Virus record (IMG/VR): IMGVR_UViG_3300027881_000017
Coordinates: 1-56,115 of that record
Source of the DNA: a virus
Taxonomy: Duplodnaviria > Caudoviricetes
Length of the DNA: 56,115 nt
Direction: 5' to 3' (one strand)
Numbering within the stretch: the first letter of the stretch is position 1; each line of letters begins with the position of its first letter. A program made the translations under genes and the position numbers. Of the stretch, positions 53,829-56,115 are shown in pieces. The notes beneath the pieces were generated by a model. That model was not told the DNA's origin. It did no database searches and saw only the letters and a list, made by a program, of their open reading frames with translations.

Positions 53829-54636
53829 ATTAAAAGCCGGGACTCTTATCAAGAACTTAGAGGATTCAACAAGAAGGATTATGATGGGCATTCCAATGAC
53901 AGGACTTTTAAGGTCTGAATGGGTGTTAGCAAGATATGGTCAAGTTATTCCTTGTAATTGGGGCATGGTTGAATTTTATCAATTTATCGATCAATGGAGT
54001 CCGTTGAAACATACGGTCGCAGATGCTCGAAATATCATAGCATGCGCTGCGGTGGAGAAAGGTTTTGAGTGGTTATTCTTTGTCGATCATGATGTCGTTT
54101 TGCCGCCATCAACGATTTTGTATATCAATGATCAAATGCATCGAAATGATGTGCCTGTTTATAGTGGGCTTTATTTTACTCAAAGTAAACCATCTGAACC
54201 ATTAATTTATCGAGGTCGAGGAAATAGTCATTTTAAAGGATGGAAGTTGGGTCAAAAAGTTTGGGTCGATGGCGTTCCGATGGGATGCACATTAATTAAT
54301 GTCAGGTTGCTCAAGGCATTATATGATGAGTCTGAGGAATATATGGCAGGTGCTACAAAGACTCGAAGGATTTTTATTACACCAAGATCTACTTATTATG
54401 ATCCTGAAAAAATGGGTTGGTTTAATTCAACCGGCACAGAAGATCTTCAATGGTGTACCAGAGTGATGGAAGGTGATTTTTTCACAAAGGCCGGATGGCC
54501 AAAATTCGCAAAAAAGAAATATCCTTTTCTTTTGGATACTGCTATTTTCTGTAAACATATTGATTGGAGTGGTGTTCAATATCCAGCAGAAGGTGAAGAG
54601 GGTGAATACGTAAAAATAAAGGATCGTATTAAATGA
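53818..54636 (+). CDS. GT-A-fold glycosyltransferase
   Basis: ARN, WLFFVDHD, GCTLI, TEDL, CKH. Confidence 0.8.
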   Translation: MENKLKAGTLIKNLEDSTRRIMMGIPMTGLLRSEWVLARYGQVIPCNWGMVEFYQFIDQWSPLKHTVADARNIIACAAVEKGFEWLFFVDHDVVLPPSTILYINDQMHRNDVPVYSGLYFTQSKPSEPLIYRGRGNSHFKGWKLGQKVWVDGVPMGCTLINVRLLKALYDESEEYMAGATKTRRIFITPRSTYYDPEKMGWFNSTGTEDLQWCTRVMEGDFFTKAGWPKFAKKKYPFLLDTAIFCKHIDWSGVQYPAEGEEGEYVKIKDRIK

Positions 54637-56115
54637 GTGCTGTAGGAACTGATGTTGTACTTATTGCATTATCGACTTTAACAATTAACGTTTCAGATGC
54701 GGCGGTTGTAACAGATAATGTTGCTGTTGAAATGGCTGTTCCTGTTTCAGTTGTCGAGGTTCCGGTTGCTGTTGATGCTGTTATTGCTGTATCGATGTCT
54801 GATATGGGAATTTCAGTTAATGATCCAGCGGTAATAGCAGACGTTCCGAGTCCAGCCTTAGGCGATCTAACAATTGATGTTTCTGATGCTGCAGTTGTGA
54901 CGGATAGTTCATCCGGGGTTATTGTTTTTGGAATTGATGTTTCAGATCCTGGAGTTGTTTCAGATTTGCCGACAGTATCTGTTGCAGATTATGAAATAAA
55001 TATTAATGACCCAGGAATTGTGGTAGATGTCCCGGCTGTTTCTTTACCCGATGCTTTAGAGATTAATGTCAACGATTCTATTACGGTAAGGGATGTTTCC
55101 GATTTCAATGAACGGTATGAGAATCCTTCAGGTTATGATCAGACTTGGGCGGGTGCTACTGTTGGTGCAGGTTCTACCTATGATCCAAATCAAATCACCG
55201 ATAGTGTGTCTGGTGCTCCTGCTTCTTGGGGGGATGAGTGTTTACAAATTGTTACAGCCTCTGGAGAAAACTGTAGAAATAGATCTCTTGTTTATGATCC
55301 TGCTTATCAAAGCGTTGTTTATTCAAAGTTTGAAGTTATTATTGAAAGCGAAAGCCTGTCTAATGACACTCTTAGACGCTTATCTTTCCTAACCAATTCT
55401 ATTGGTTTTAATGTTTGTGAAGTAAGACTTAATAAAGATGGAAGCGGTAATTTACGCTTTAGATTCACAATTTCCAGAGATGGTTCAACTTGGATTAGTC
55501 ATTATAGTATAAACACGGTGTCTGTAGATACGCTTTACAGAATAGAAATAAAGTATGATGCTGATAATGATGCTTGGGCTTGGAGAATTGATGGTGTAGA
55601 TCAGCCCAATGATATTGATAGTAGTGATCCTATAGAATCTGAAGGCACATTAACAACTGGTAGGAAAGATGATATACGTCAATTATATGTTGGGGCAGAT
55701 ATCTCGGATAGTGGTAGTGCCATTACTTGTTACATTGATAATGTTGTTGTAAACACTGAGGAGTGGATCGGTGATTGGGTAGGTGTTGGTGTTGAGGTTA
55801 TAGCGGCTGATCTTGAAATTGATGTTAATGAGCAACCAGTTGTTACTGATGTTCCAACAGCGTCGTTACCAGATGCTTTAGAGATTGACGTAAATGATTC
55901 GGCAATAGCGGTTGACGTTCCATCTTTACCAGATTATTTAGAAGTAAATGTTAATGAACAACCGGTTGTTACCGATGTTCCGACAGCATCGTTACCAGAT
56001 GCTTTAGAGATTGACGTAAATGATTCGGCAATAGCGGTTGACGTTCCATCTTTACCAGATTATTTAGAAGTAAATGTTAATGAACAACCGGTTGTTACCG
56101 ATGTTCCGACAGCAT
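54633..56115 (+). CDS. N-terminal part of the repeat-rich fibre protein (about 954 aa when joined to 1..1505; absent from the ORF track)
   Basis: ATGA overlap at 54633; open frame MSAVGTDVVL... to the window end; repeats flank a lectin-like domain (YRIEIKYD...WRIDG...YIDNV). Confidence 0.85.
   Translation, partial: MSAVGTDVVLIALSTLTINVSDAAVVTDNVAVEMAVPVSVVEVPVAVDAVIAVSMSDMGISVNDPAVIADVPSPALGDLTIDVSDAAVVTDSSSGVIVFGIDVSDPGVVSDLPTVSVADYEININDPGIVVDVPAVSLPDALEINVNDSITVRDVSDFNERYENPSGYDQTWAGATVGAGSTYDPNQITDSVSGAPASWGDECLQIVTASGENCRNRSLVYDPAYQSVVYSKFEVIIESESLSNDTLRRLSFLTNSIGFNVCEVRLNKDGSGNLRFRFTISRDGSTWISHYSINTVSVDTLYRIEIKYDADNDAWAWRIDGVDQPNDIDSSDPIESEGTLTTGRKDDIRQLYVGADISDSGSAITCYIDNVVVNTEEWIGDWVGVGVEVIAADLEIDVNEQPVVTDVPTASLPDALEIDVNDSAIAVDVPSLPDYLEVNVNEQPVVTDVPTASLPDALEIDVNDSAIAVDVPSLPDYLEVNVNEQPVVTDVPTA
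55867..56115 (+). repeat. 126-bp (42-codon) tandem repeat
   Basis: Units start at 55867 and 55993, with a partial diverged copy just upstream. Confidence 0.9.

Noticed and set aside
55093-55392. 99-aa ORF from the track
   Set aside because: Out-of-frame overlap with the real gene starting at 54633
1-56115. Integrase/lysogeny module, reverse transcriptase (DGR or retron), or alternative genetic code
   Set aside because: No such motifs in any ORF, and genes are full length and tightly packed under the standard code

Overview
The window looks like a complete, circularly permuted genome of a tailed dsDNA phage, about 56 kb, probably siphovirus-like. Bases 1-123 repeat 55993-56115, and one gene runs across that junction. 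The + strand (37123 through the junction to 17201) carries packaging, head, fibre, lysis, neck and tail genes. The - strand (36771 down to 17242) carries early and replication genes. I saw no integrase, CI-type repressor or DNA polymerase. Three systems stand out. (1) A cytosine-hypermodification operon at 21567-26486: a thymidylate-synthase-fold enzyme with the dCMP-type Asp, a kinase fused to a UDG-like domain, a T4 beta-glucosyltransferase homologue, an atypical C5-methyltransferase, an all-alpha dUTP/dCTPase and a PD-(D/E)XK nuclease. (2) An early operon punctuated by structured RNAs: a type I hammerhead ribozyme, a pistol-like ribozyme, tRNA-minihelix-like elements and a roughly 340-nt structured leader. 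(3) A large glycosylation toolkit among the virion genes: five glycosyltransferase genes, a GMD/RMD-family enzyme and a methyltransferase. All calls come from motif recognition by eye; no searches or folding programs were run.
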